This document shows positions 27,436-36,693 of a DNA stretch of 64,000 nt, one piece after another. The number at the start of each line of letters is the position of its first letter. Positions within the stretch are counted from its first letter, which is position 1. The notes beneath the pieces are model-generated. The model saw only the letters and a list, made by a program, of their open reading frames with translations. It did no database searches and was not told the origin of the DNA. The position numbers and the translations under genes are program-made. Source of the stretch: Candidatus Lindowbacteria bacterium RIFCSPLOWO2_12_FULL_62_27 (lineage in GTDB: Bacteria; Lindowbacteria; 2-12-FULL-62-27); NCBI GenBank assembly GCA_001784175.1, contig MFPR01000028.1, positions 263,614 through 327,613 on the forward strand, given 5' to 3'.

Positions 27436-28611
27436 TCAATACCGCGGCACAGACGGGTCGACGTCGGTGCTCCAGGATTCGATGCCGCCTTTCATGCTTT
27501 TGATATTCTCGAACCCCTGCTCGCGGAGGAAATTGGCGGCCTTGAGGGAGCGCATGCCGCGGTGGCAGAAGGCGACGATCTCGTCCCTGGGATTGAGCAA
27601 ATTGAAGTGTGTCGGAATCTCCCCGAGCGGGATGTGCATCGCGCCGTCGATCCGGCAGATGGCGAGTTCCGAATCTTCGCGCACATCGACCATCACCAGT
27701 TTCGGATTCTTTTTGCGCAGGTCCGCGACCTCCTCCGCCGTCAGTTCCTGGACGCCGTTGGCGCCCGCGGCCGCCTCCGGCGCCGCGGCCTCGCCCCGGC
27801 CCAGTCCGCAGAACTGTTCGTAGTCGATGAGCTGGTGGATGGTGCGGTTGGCGCCGCAGACGGGGCACTCGGGATTCTGGCGGATCCTGACCTCGCGGAA
27901 CTTCATCTCCATCGCGTTGAAGAGGACCAGCCGGCCGATGAGGGGGCTGCCTTTGCCGAGAATGATCTTGATCGCCTCCGTCGCCTGGATCAGCCCGATG
28001 ATCCCGGGCAGAATTCCCAGAACGCCCCCCTCGGCGCAGCTCGGCACCGCGCCCGGCGGCGGCGGTTCGGGATAGAGACAACGGTAGCAGGGACCCTTGC
28101 CCGGATAAAACACGGTGGCCTGGCCTTCGAACCTGAAGATGGAGCCGTAGATGTTGGGTTTCCCGGAGAGGACGCAGGCGTCGTTCATCAAGTACCGCGT
28201 CGGGAAATTATCGGTGCCGTCGATGACGATGTCATGGTCGCGGATGATGTCCATGGCGTTGTCGGACGAAATTTTCGCAACGACCGTGTTGACCTTGCAG
28301 AACGGATTGATCTCGGCGATTTTCGCCTTGGCGGACTCGACCTTGAGTTTCCCGAGGTCGGACGTGAAATGGATGACCTGCCGCTGTAGGTTCGACTCGT
28401 CGACGCGGTCGAAGTCGACCAGCGTCAGCTCTCCAACGCCGGCGGCGGACAGGTACATCGCGAGCGGCGACCCGAGCCCACCGGCGCCGATGAGGAGAAT
28501 TTTCGCCTTGAGCAGTTTTTCCTGCCCCTCGACCCCGACTTCCGGCATGATGAGGTGCCGGCTGAACCGTGCGATCTGCGCTTGTGTTAACGGCATGCCG
28601 GTATTCTGCAC
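27436..28611 (-). CDS. moeZ: ThiF/MoeB-type adenylyltransferase with C-terminal rhodanese domain (MoeZ-like sulfurtransferase)
   Basis: KILLIGAGGLGSPLAMYLSAAGVGELTLVDFD; CxxC pair; C-terminal CHRGMRS rhodanese active-site loop. Confidence 0.8.
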   Translation of the reverse strand: MQNTGMPLTQAQIARFSRHLIMPEVGVEGQEKLLKAKILLIGAGGLGSPLAMYLSAAGVGELTLVDFDRVDESNLQRQVIHFTSDLGKLKVESAKAKIAEINPFCKVNTVVAKISSDNAMDIIRDHDIVIDGTDNFPTRYLMNDACVLSGKPNIYGSIFRFEGQATVFYPGKGPCYRCLYPEPPPPGAVPSCAEGGVLGILPGIIGLIQATEAIKIILGKGSPLIGRLVLFNAMEMKFREVRIRQNPECPVCGANRTIHQLIDYEQFCGLGRGEAAAPEAAAGANGVQELTAEEVADLRKKNPKLVMVDVREDSELAICRIDGAMHIPLGEIPTHFNLLNPRDEIVAFCHRGMRSLKAANFLREQGFENIKSMKGGIESWSTDVDPSVPRY

Positions 28612-29271
28612 CTATTCGATATAATTTTCAAGTTCACGGAGATTGCCGATGAGGACATCCGGCCCGGCGGCCTCGAGTTCCATGCGGTCGCCGATACCGC
28701 ACGTGACGCCGACCGTCATCATGCCCGCGTTCCGCCCGGCCACCACATCGGTCGAGCGGTCGCCGACCGCGCAGACGAGGTCCGGTGGAACGCCGAGGAA
28801 CCCGGCGGCTTTGACGAAACTTTCCGGATCGGGTTTCATCCGCCGGACCGATTCGGGCCCCCAGACGAGTTCAAACCGGCCGCTGACGCCCAAGCCCTCC
28901 AGAATTTTTCTCGTGAAGGCCCCCGGCTTGTTGGAGATCACGGCCAACTGCTTGGACGAAAACCGATCCAGCGTTTCGCGCACGCCGTCGTAGAGAACGG
29001 TCGAATCGAGGCAATGCGCGTCGTACCACGGATTGAAATCCTCCGCCGCCGCCCGGACCGCCTCCGCGTCGTCGGTCTTGAGGGCCCGGCCGAGAAGTTT
29101 GGCCAGTCCGTCGCCGACGAAGGTCCGAACAACTTCCTGGGCCACGCCCGGCCGGCCGCGTTTTTCCAGGACATGATTGACGGCGGCCGTCAGGTCAGAA
29201 ATGGAATTGACGAGGGTGCCGTCGAGGTCAAAGATAATCGCCTCAATCTGCCGCTTCGTTATTACGGACAT
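28612..29271 (-). CDS. HAD-IA hydrolase (phosphoglycolate phosphatase-like)
   Basis: IIFDLDGTL motif I, K..and GD..D motifs. Confidence 0.75.
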   Translation of the reverse strand: MSVITKRQIEAIIFDLDGTLVNSISDLTAAVNHVLEKRGRPGVAQEVVRTFVGDGLAKLLGRALKTDDAEAVRAAAEDFNPWYDAHCLDSTVLYDGVRETLDRFSSKQLAVISNKPGAFTRKILEGLGVSGRFELVWGPESVRRMKPDPESFVKAAGFLGVPPDLVCAVGDRSTDVVAGRNAGMMTVGVTCGIGDRMELEAAGPDVLIGNLRELENYIE

Positions 29272-29272
29272 C

Positions 29273-29998
29273 TCAAGCGTGCCGGAACCGGACGTCGAAG
29301 AAGAGCCGGGCGACGGTGCGGATCATGTCCGCCGTGTTTTTGATCGTGAAGGCCTTGGACCTTCCGTGGGGCCGCCGGTGCTGGCGCGCGGATATTTCGA
29401 GGGAGGAGCATCCGGCCGACGCGAGGCGGATCAGCAATTCGGCCAGAAAGGCCGTGCCGCCGCCGCGGAACGTGTGCGACGCAAGGACCGCCCGCACGGC
29501 CTTCGTCCGGTAGACCGCCGGGCCGTTGTAATATTTGAAGTTCAGCCCGAAGAGAAGGTTCAGCATTTTCGTGTAGAGGTCCGAGACGAAGCGCCGTGAG
29601 ATCGTCCGATACCCGGGATTGGCGATGTAGGAAAGAATCACGTCGGCCTCGCCCATGCGTTCGAGCATCGGCTGGAGCGACCGTTCGTCCGGGCCGTTGT
29701 TTCCGGGATACCAGAGGAGGAACTCGTGCAACGCCAGGCCGAATCCTTCCCGGAGGCTGAACCCGAGACCCATGCTCGCCGGATGATGGATGACGCGGAT
29801 CCGCCGATCGCCGGCCGCCATCCGGTCCGCGAGGGCGCCGGTCGAGTCGCGGCTGCCGTCGTCGATGATGAAGAGTTCCACGGCTTGCGCGAAGGATCCG
29901 GCGGCGTCCAGAGCGGCGCGGACGGCCAATTCGAGATTGCCGGCCTCGTCCCGGGCCGGAACGACGATCGATACGGTTCGTTTCTGATCCGACGGCAT
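29273..29998 (-). CDS. family 2 glycosyltransferase (polyprenol-phosphate sugar transferase-like)
   Basis: VSIVVPARDE..IIDDGSRDST DxD/GT-A signature. Confidence 0.75.
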   Translation of the reverse strand: MPSDQKRTVSIVVPARDEAGNLELAVRAALDAAGSFAQAVELFIIDDGSRDSTGALADRMAAGDRRIRVIHHPASMGLGFSLREGFGLALHEFLLWYPGNNGPDERSLQPMLERMGEADVILSYIANPGYRTISRRFVSDLYTKMLNLLFGLNFKYYNGPAVYRTKAVRAVLASHTFRGGGTAFLAELLIRLASAGCSSLEISARQHRRPHGRSKAFTIKNTADMIRTVARLFFDVRFRHA

Positions 29999-30046
29999 GC
30001 GAATGGCTTATAGCATCGCGTATGGGATTGTGCTACTGTTTGCGCC

Positions 30047-30778
30047 ATGACCACCCAGCGGGAAGATCGGATCGGGGGTGCTGAGGGAAAACTTCATGAG
30101 TTTCCCGATGAATGGAAGGAAGGTGTCTATCGCGCCATCTATGCCCGGCGGGACATCCGTTCGCAGTTCAAGCCGGACCCGATCGCCGAAGACGTATTGG
30201 CGCGGATTCTACGTGCCGCCCACCATGCGCCGTCGGTCGGGTTCATGCAGCCGTGGGACTTCATTCTCATCCGCGACGTTGCCATCAAACAAAAGATCCG
30301 CGAGGATTTCGAGCGCGCCACCGAGGAGGCGGCGGTGAAGTTCGCTCCGGAAAAGGAGGCGGTGTACCGCAAGCTGAAGCTGGAGGGCATCCGTGAGGCG
30401 CCGATCAACATCTGCGTGACCTGCGACCGGCGCCGGTTCGGGCCGGTCGTCATCGGCCGGACCTCCCAGCCGGTCATGGATCTGTTCAGCTCGGTCTGCG
30501 CCGTCCAGAACCTGTGGCTGGCGGCCCGGGCCGAGGGCCTGGGCGTCGGCTGGGTCAGCATTCTTCATCCGCGGGAACTCAGGCGAATTCTGGCGCTTCC
30601 GGCCGAGGTCGAGCCTATCGCATACCTATGCGTCGGCCACGTCACAGAATTTCCCGACCGGCCGGAGCTGGAGAGCGCCGGGTGGCTGCCGCGGATGCCG
30701 CTCGGGGACGTGATCCGGCTCGACGGCTGGGACACCCCGATTCAAAACAAATGGGAGGAACTGGAAGCTGAGCTGTGA
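30047..30778 (+). CDS. bluB: BluB-like nitroreductase-family protein (possible 5,6-dimethylbenzimidazole synthase)
   Basis: AIYARRDIRSQF..RAAHHAPSVGFMQPW pattern recalled for BluB. Confidence 0.55.
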   Translation: MTTQREDRIGGAEGKLHEFPDEWKEGVYRAIYARRDIRSQFKPDPIAEDVLARILRAAHHAPSVGFMQPWDFILIRDVAIKQKIREDFERATEEAAVKFAPEKEAVYRKLKLEGIREAPINICVTCDRRRFGPVVIGRTSQPVMDLFSSVCAVQNLWLAARAEGLGVGWVSILHPRELRRILALPAEVEPIAYLCVGHVTEFPDRPELESAGWLPRMPLGDVIRLDGWDTPIQNKWEELEAEL

Positions 30779-30833
30779 GCGGCTGATCCGGGCCTGCGCG
30801 CCGGCCGCGCCCGTCGCGGTCGCGGTCACACTG

Positions 30834-32582
30834 TTGATCTTCGGCGGTCCCGCAGAAGGAACCTCCGACACGGTCCCGCCGGCCTTGCAGTCTCTCTATG
30901 TTGAAGCCGATCGGGGCGATCCCGCGTCGCAGGCGAAACTGGCCGGGGCGTTCCGGCGCGGCGAGCACGTGAGGCGCGACTATCGCCGCGCGCTGGAGTT
31001 GGCGACCCGCGCGGCGGAGAGGAAACATCCGTACGGCTGGTTTGAACTTGCCGTGATGTATCGAGACGGCTTGGGTGTGGAGAAAAATTCCGAAAAGTCG
31101 ATGGAGCTTTTCAAACTTTGTGCCGGCGGAATCAAAAAAATGGCGGAAAAGGGCGACCCCTACGCCCAGGCGAACCTTGGCTGGATGCACGACCGGGGCG
31201 TTGCGGTGCGGCAGGATGGCAAGGAGGCCGCGAAGTGGGCGCGCCGCGCGGCAGACCAGGGATATGCGCGGGGGCAATTCAACCTCGGCGTGATGTACAG
31301 CCAGGGCAAGGGCGTGCCGTTGGACGATGCGGAAGCCGTGAGATGGTATCGCAAGTCGGCGGACCAGGGATTTACCCACGCGCAGCTCAATTTGGGATTC
31401 ATGTTCCAGAAAGGCCGCGGGACCCATCAGGACGACACCGAGGCGGTGTCGTGGTATCGGCGCGCGGCGGAACAGGGCATGGCGGGAGCGCAGTTCAACA
31501 TGGGAGTTCTTTGCATGAGCGGCTTGGGCGTTGCGGGAAATGACACGGAGGCGGCCGGATGGTTTCGTTTGGCCGCGGACCAGGATGAAGTGCAGGCGAT
31601 GACCGCGCTGGGTGAAATGTACGCCGCCGGCCGCGGTGTGGCCCGGAACGATACGGAATCGGCGGTCTGGTACAGGCGTGCGGCTGAAAAATATCATGTT
31701 CTTGCGCAGGCTCGGATGGGAGTGCTGTACGAACGCGGCCAAGGCGTGCCGCGGGATGACACGGAGGCCGCCCGGTGGTACCGGAGGGCGGCGGTCCAGG
31801 GCGACACGGTGGCGCGCTACAATCTGGGAGTTCTACAGGATCTCGGCCGGGGCGTTGCGCGGGACACGGCGCAGTCGGTGAAATGGTATCGGTCCGCCGC
31901 CGAGCAGGGGTATCCGCCGGCGCAGTTTCAACTTGGCGTCAAGTATCTCAAGGGCGAAGGCGTGGCTCGCGATCCGACGGAATCCGGCCGCTGGTTCCGA
32001 AAGGCGACCGCGTCGGGCGACGCGACGATCCGGTACCGGCTGGGCCTCATGTACGCGACCGGCGACGGCGTCCAGAAGGACGACGCGCAGGCGATCCGGT
32101 GGTTGTTGGATGCGGCGCAACTCGGGCATGCGGCGGCGCAATTTTCCGTGGGAAACCTCTACGCCCGTGGCATTGGCCTGCGCAAAGATCCAAACGAGGC
32201 GGTCAAATGGTATCAGCTCGCGGCCGATCAGGGATACGAGGAGGCGGCCAAGTCCCTCCGTGAGATGAGCCGGCCGGCGGACGTAGATCCGAAAAAACTC
32301 GAGGCCGAACTTGTCAAGGCGTCGAAGGCGTATCTGGCGGCGAGATCGAAGTACGAGCGGCGCGCCGGGGATCTCAAGGCCGTCCGGACCGGCGACACCG
32401 AATCGCAGTACGTGGAGCTGATGCGCTTCGCGGCCGACGAAGTTCTTCCGGCGACGACGCGATTCGGCCGTCTGATGGCCGCGTACCAGAAACAGTTCGG
32501 CCGGCCGAAGCTGGTGGATCTCGCCGCGCGGCACGGCTTCCGGGACCTCCTGGGCACGGCGGAGGGCCGGGCGGCGTTCTGA
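30834..32582 (+). CDS. Sel1-repeat protein
   Basis: many DPYAQANLGWMHDRG / AAKWYRKAADQG Sel1 units. TTG start from ORF track is doubtful; upstream in-frame segment from CTG 30783 encodes a signal-peptide-like RACAPAAPVAVAVTLLIFGGPA. Confidence 0.7.
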   Translation: MIFGGPAEGTSDTVPPALQSLYVEADRGDPASQAKLAGAFRRGEHVRRDYRRALELATRAAERKHPYGWFELAVMYRDGLGVEKNSEKSMELFKLCAGGIKKMAEKGDPYAQANLGWMHDRGVAVRQDGKEAAKWARRAADQGYARGQFNLGVMYSQGKGVPLDDAEAVRWYRKSADQGFTHAQLNLGFMFQKGRGTHQDDTEAVSWYRRAAEQGMAGAQFNMGVLCMSGLGVAGNDTEAAGWFRLAADQDEVQAMTALGEMYAAGRGVARNDTESAVWYRRAAEKYHVLAQARMGVLYERGQGVPRDDTEAARWYRRAAVQGDTVARYNLGVLQDLGRGVARDTAQSVKWYRSAAEQGYPPAQFQLGVKYLKGEGVARDPTESGRWFRKATASGDATIRYRLGLMYATGDGVQKDDAQAIRWLLDAAQLGHAAAQFSVGNLYARGIGLRKDPNEAVKWYQLAADQGYEEAAKSLREMSRPADVDPKKLEAELVKASKAYLAARSKYERRAGDLKAVRTGDTESQYVELMRFAADEVLPATTRFGRLMAAYQKQFGRPKLVDLAARHGFRDLLGTAEGRAAF

Positions 32583-32583
32583 C

Positions 32584-34287
32584 ATGCAGAATCTCGTTTC
32601 CTTCTGCGGCATGTTCGTTCTGATCTTTCTGGCCTGGCTCATTTCGGATAACCGGCGGGCGTTTCCGTGGCGCGTGGTGGTGTGGGGGATCGCGCTGCAG
32701 ATGGCGTTCGGGTTTCTGGTGCTGTGGTGGGAGCCGGGGTCCCGGTTTTTTCTCAAGCTCAACGACGTCTTTAACGCGCTCTTGGGGTTCAGCAAGGAGG
32801 GCGCCGTCTTTGTGTTCAACTCGGTTGGGTTGGCTGACCAGACCGGTGGAATCCCGCCGTCGCTCAAGGATTATCTGACGCGGCTCGGCGCCGAGTCGAA
32901 GGATCCCGTGGTGCAGCTTGCGATCCGGACCGGCACCGTGCCCGGATTTTTCTTTGCGTTCCAGGTGTTGACGACGATCATCTTTTTCAGCGCGCTGATC
33001 TCGGTGCTCTATTACCTGGGCGTCATGCAAAAAATCGTCCTCCTCTTCGCAAAGATCATGGCGCGCACGATGCGGGTGTCCGGGGCCGAGTCGCTGTCGA
33101 ACTCGGCGAACATCTTCGTCGGCCAGACCGAGGCGCCGCTCGTGGTTCGGCCGTACATCGAAAAAATGACGAAATCGGAAATCATGGCCATCATGGTCGG
33201 CGGGTTCGCCAACACCGCCGGCGGCGTGCTCGGCGCCTACGTCATGATGCTGTCCGGGTATTTTCCCAACGTCGCGGCGCACCTGATCTCGGCGTCGCTC
33301 CTGTCCGCGCCGGCCGCGTTCATCTTCGCCAAGGTCATGGTGCCGGAACGCGAGGATCCCCTGACGATGGGCGAGGTGCGGATGGATGTGCCGATCGAGG
33401 ACGCGAACCTGATCGACGCCGCCGCCAACGGCACGACGGTCGGCTGGCAACTGGCCATCAACGTTGCGGCGATGCTGATCTCCTTCGTCGCGCTGATCGC
33501 AATGGCCAACCTCGGCGTGACGTGGGTGGGCGGATTCTTCCACGATCCGGCCGGGTTCGTACACTTCAACCTGATGGCGGCCGCGGCGATCGCGGCGCTC
33601 CTGGCCGTCGAGCGCTACGGCCCGCAACGTGACCTGCACGTGTGGGTCCTCTTTGTCGCCCTCGTTCTCGCCTTCTTTTTCGGCAAGGCGCTCCTGCCGG
33701 GCGATACGGCGCGCAAGCTGGCGCTGATCGGTCTTGCTGCGTGGCTGCCGCTGTTTCTGCAGATGTACCGGAAACGGCCGTACGGCGCGTGGGGCTGGGG
33801 CAGCCTTCTGGCGATCGCCGTCGCGGCGGACCTCGTCTATTTTCTGAAAGGCCCGCTGGGGCCGGACACGAAACTTTCCCTGCAGCTCATTCTGGGATGG
33901 ATGCACTGGCCGATCGCCTTCTGCATGGGCGTGCCGGCCCAGGACTGCCTCGCGGCCGGAAAACTGCTGGGCGAGAAATTGATCCTGACCGAATTCATCG
34001 CGTATCTCGACTTGTCGAGCATGTTGGGCGCCGCGGGCCGCGGGGAGATTCCGGCGATGGACCCGAGGTCGATCGTGATCGTCTCCTACGCGCTCTGCGG
34101 GTTTTCGAATTTCGCCTCGATCGCGATCCAGATCGGCGGCATTTCGCCGCTCGCGCCCTCCCGGCGCCACGACATCGCGCGGCTGGGATTCAAGGCGATG
34201 GTGGGGGGCGCCCTCGCCACTTTCATGATCGCCTGCGTGGCCGGCACGTTCTACACGGGCCGGTCGATGCTCGGGATCATTGAATGA
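32584..34287 (+). CDS. nupC: concentrative nucleoside transporter (NupC/CNT family), unusually long
   Basis: NIFVGQTEAPLVVRPYIEKMTKSEIMAIMVGGFANTAG matches the CNT gate region. Confidence 0.75.
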   Translation: MQNLVSFCGMFVLIFLAWLISDNRRAFPWRVVVWGIALQMAFGFLVLWWEPGSRFFLKLNDVFNALLGFSKEGAVFVFNSVGLADQTGGIPPSLKDYLTRLGAESKDPVVQLAIRTGTVPGFFFAFQVLTTIIFFSALISVLYYLGVMQKIVLLFAKIMARTMRVSGAESLSNSANIFVGQTEAPLVVRPYIEKMTKSEIMAIMVGGFANTAGGVLGAYVMMLSGYFPNVAAHLISASLLSAPAAFIFAKVMVPEREDPLTMGEVRMDVPIEDANLIDAAANGTTVGWQLAINVAAMLISFVALIAMANLGVTWVGGFFHDPAGFVHFNLMAAAAIAALLAVERYGPQRDLHVWVLFVALVLAFFFGKALLPGDTARKLALIGLAAWLPLFLQMYRKRPYGAWGWGSLLAIAVAADLVYFLKGPLGPDTKLSLQLILGWMHWPIAFCMGVPAQDCLAAGKLLGEKLILTEFIAYLDLSSMLGAAGRGEIPAMDPRSIVIVSYALCGFSNFASIAIQIGGISPLAPSRRHDIARLGFKAMVGGALATFMIACVAGTFYTGRSMLGIIE

Positions 34288-35930
34288 GCCTCATCGCCAT
34301 CGGCCTGACCGGCGTCGGGCTTCTCCTGGCCGGATACTGGATTTACGGCCGGTTCATCGCCGGCGTGTTCGGCCTCGATCCGGCGCGCCGGACGCCCGCG
34401 CGGGAGATGAACGATGGCGTGGATTTCATCCCGACGCGGCCCGTGGTTCTCTTGGGCCAGCATTTCGCCGCGATCGCGGCCGTGGGGCCGATCGCCGGGC
34501 CGATTCTGGCCGGGACGAAATACGGGTGGCTGGTCAGTTTCGTGTGGATCATCTTCGGCGCGATTCTGATCGGCGCCGTCCACGATTTTTCCGCGCTCGT
34601 CGCGAGCGTCCGCCACAAGGCGCGGTCGATCGCGGAGATCGTGGGCGCCTACATGAATCCGTGGGCGCAGAAATTGTTTCAGGTCTACATCTGGCTGTCG
34701 CTCGTGTACGTGATCGTCGTTTTCACGGACCTGACGGCCGCCGCCTTTGCGACGCGGCCGGAGCAGGGCGCGGAGAATTTCGGTCCGGGCGTGGCGTCAA
34801 GCTCCTTTCTGTATTTGATTCTCGCCGTCGTCATGGGCTTTTTGATGTACCGCCGGCACGCGCCGCTGTGGGCGGTGACGGCCGGCGGCGTGCTGTTGCT
34901 CCTGGTGTTCATTCAGCTCGGCCAGTCGATTCCGGTTCATCTGAGCCGGGAATCCTGGCACATGGTGATTCTGGGGTACTGCTTCATCGCCAGCGTCATT
35001 CCGATGTGGATCCTGCTTCAGCCGCGCGGGTATCTGGGCGGATTCATTCTGTACGCGAGTCTCTTGGCGGGCCTGCTGGGTTTTATTTTTTATTCGGAGC
35101 CAGTGACGGCGCCGACGGTGTCGCCCGACACCCACTGGGAGATTTTCCCGCTCGGCGCCGGGCTCTTTCCGCTCCTCTTTACGACGATCGCCTGCGGCGC
35201 CTGTTCCGGATTTCACGGCCTCGTGTCCGCCGGCACGACCGCCCGCCAGCTCGCGGACGAACCGGACGCGCGGCTGGTCGGGTACGGCGGGATGCTCCTC
35301 GAGGGATTCGTCGCACTGGTGGCATTGTCGACCGTGATTCTCTTCGTCTCCAAGGGCTCGACCGGGCCGTCGACGCCCGACGAAATTTACGCGCGCGGAC
35401 TGGCGACCTTCCTGCAACTGGTCGGGATCCCGTTCGCGCTTGGCGTGGCGTTCGCGAAACTTGCGTTCGCGACGTTCATCTACGACACGCTCGATGTCGC
35501 CACGCGGCTGGGCCGGTACATTTTTCAGGAGCTGACCGGCTGGTCCGGCCGCGCCGGAAAATACATCGGGACGTTTCTGACCGTCGCCGTCCCCGGGTAC
35601 GTGCTTCTGACCGCACCGGCCGGCGGCGCGCCGCCGTGGAAAACATACTGGCCGCTCTTCGGCACGTCGAACCAGCTTCTCGCGTGTCTCACGCTTGCGG
35701 CGGTCACGGTGTGGCTCAAGCGCGAGGGCCGGAAGTGGTGGGTGACCGGCGTGCCGTGCGTGTTCATGGCGCTGGTGACATTGACGAGCCTCGTGGCGAT
35801 CAATCTGAAATGGATCCGGGCCGGCGAATCGGTCAGCGCCGTGAGCGTCGCCAGTGCGGCGCTCTTTGCGCTTGCGGTGGCGCTGCTCGTGACGGCGCTC
35901 CATTATTTTCGAAAGCCCGTCGCCGCCTGA
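34284..35930 (+). CDS. cstA: carbon starvation protein CstA family peptide transporter
   Basis: LGQHFAAIAAVGPIAGPILA..GAVHDFSALVASVRHKARSI signature; ATGA overlap with nupC. Confidence 0.8.
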   Translation: MSLIAIGLTGVGLLLAGYWIYGRFIAGVFGLDPARRTPAREMNDGVDFIPTRPVVLLGQHFAAIAAVGPIAGPILAGTKYGWLVSFVWIIFGAILIGAVHDFSALVASVRHKARSIAEIVGAYMNPWAQKLFQVYIWLSLVYVIVVFTDLTAAAFATRPEQGAENFGPGVASSSFLYLILAVVMGFLMYRRHAPLWAVTAGGVLLLLVFIQLGQSIPVHLSRESWHMVILGYCFIASVIPMWILLQPRGYLGGFILYASLLAGLLGFIFYSEPVTAPTVSPDTHWEIFPLGAGLFPLLFTTIACGACSGFHGLVSAGTTARQLADEPDARLVGYGGMLLEGFVALVALSTVILFVSKGSTGPSTPDEIYARGLATFLQLVGIPFALGVAFAKLAFATFIYDTLDVATRLGRYIFQELTGWSGRAGKYIGTFLTVAVPGYVLLTAPAGGAPPWKTYWPLFGTSNQLLACLTLAAVTVWLKREGRKWWVTGVPCVFMALVTLTSLVAINLKWIRAGESVSAVSVASAALFALAVALLVTALHYFRKPVAA

Positions 35931-35931
35931 C

Positions 35932-36693
35932 ATGCTGGTCCCCGACTTGAAAGGCCAGGTCGCGCTCGTGACCGGCGGCAACCGCGGGATCGGCCGGAGC
36001 GTCGCGCTGGCGCTGGCGCGGCAGGGCGCGACGGTCTGCATCACGGGCCGGAACCGCGAGACGCTGGCCTCGACCGCCGAGGAGTTGCAGGCGGCCAGCC
36101 CGGACTCGTTCTGGATGGCGTGCGACGTGCGGGACGAGAAGCAGCAGCAGGCGGTGTTTCAGGAGATCCTGAAGCGGCACCTGCGGCTGGACATCTGCGT
36201 CGCGAACGCGGGCGAGGCGGCGCTGGCGACGGCGACACGGACGACGCTGGAGGACTGGCGTCGCGACATCGACACGAACCTCACGGGCCTCTTCATCACG
36301 ACGACCGAGAGCCTCCGGATCATGATGCGCCGGAAATCCGGATACATCATCGGCATTGTCTCCAAAGCCGGCACGACCGCCTTCGTCGCCCGCGCGTCCT
36401 ATTGCGCGTCGAAATGGGGCGCGCGCGGGTTTCTGAAATGCCTGGCGATGGAAGCCGAGAAATCGAACGTCAAGGTCACCGCGCTGTGCCCGGCGTCGGT
36501 CGCGACTGATTTTCAGAAAAACAATCCCAAGGGCACGGACTGGATGATGGCGTCGGAAACCGTCGCCGACGCGGTGCTGTACCTCTTGTCGCTCGAAAAA
36601 AACGCCTACATCGACGAGTGGCTCATCTCGGTCTGGATCAAACCCGAAAAGCCGAACCCCGACCAGCCTTCTCTGATTAAACCGCCCGGCTGA
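35932..36693 (+). CDS. SDR-family oxidoreductase
   Basis: VALVTGGNRGIGRSVALALA Rossmann motif; YCASKWG YxxxK. Confidence 0.8.
   Translation: MLVPDLKGQVALVTGGNRGIGRSVALALARQGATVCITGRNRETLASTAEELQAASPDSFWMACDVRDEKQQQAVFQEILKRHLRLDICVANAGEAALATATRTTLEDWRRDIDTNLTGLFITTTESLRIMMRRKSGYIIGIVSKAGTTAFVARASYCASKWGARGFLKCLAMEAEKSNVKVTALCPASVATDFQKNNPKGTDWMMASETVADAVLYLLSLEKNAYIDEWLISVWIKPEKPNPDQPSLIKPPG

Noticed and set aside
30000-30046. Cobalamin riboswitch upstream of bluB-like gene
   Set aside because: Intergenic region is only ~48 nt, far too short for a B12 riboswitch.
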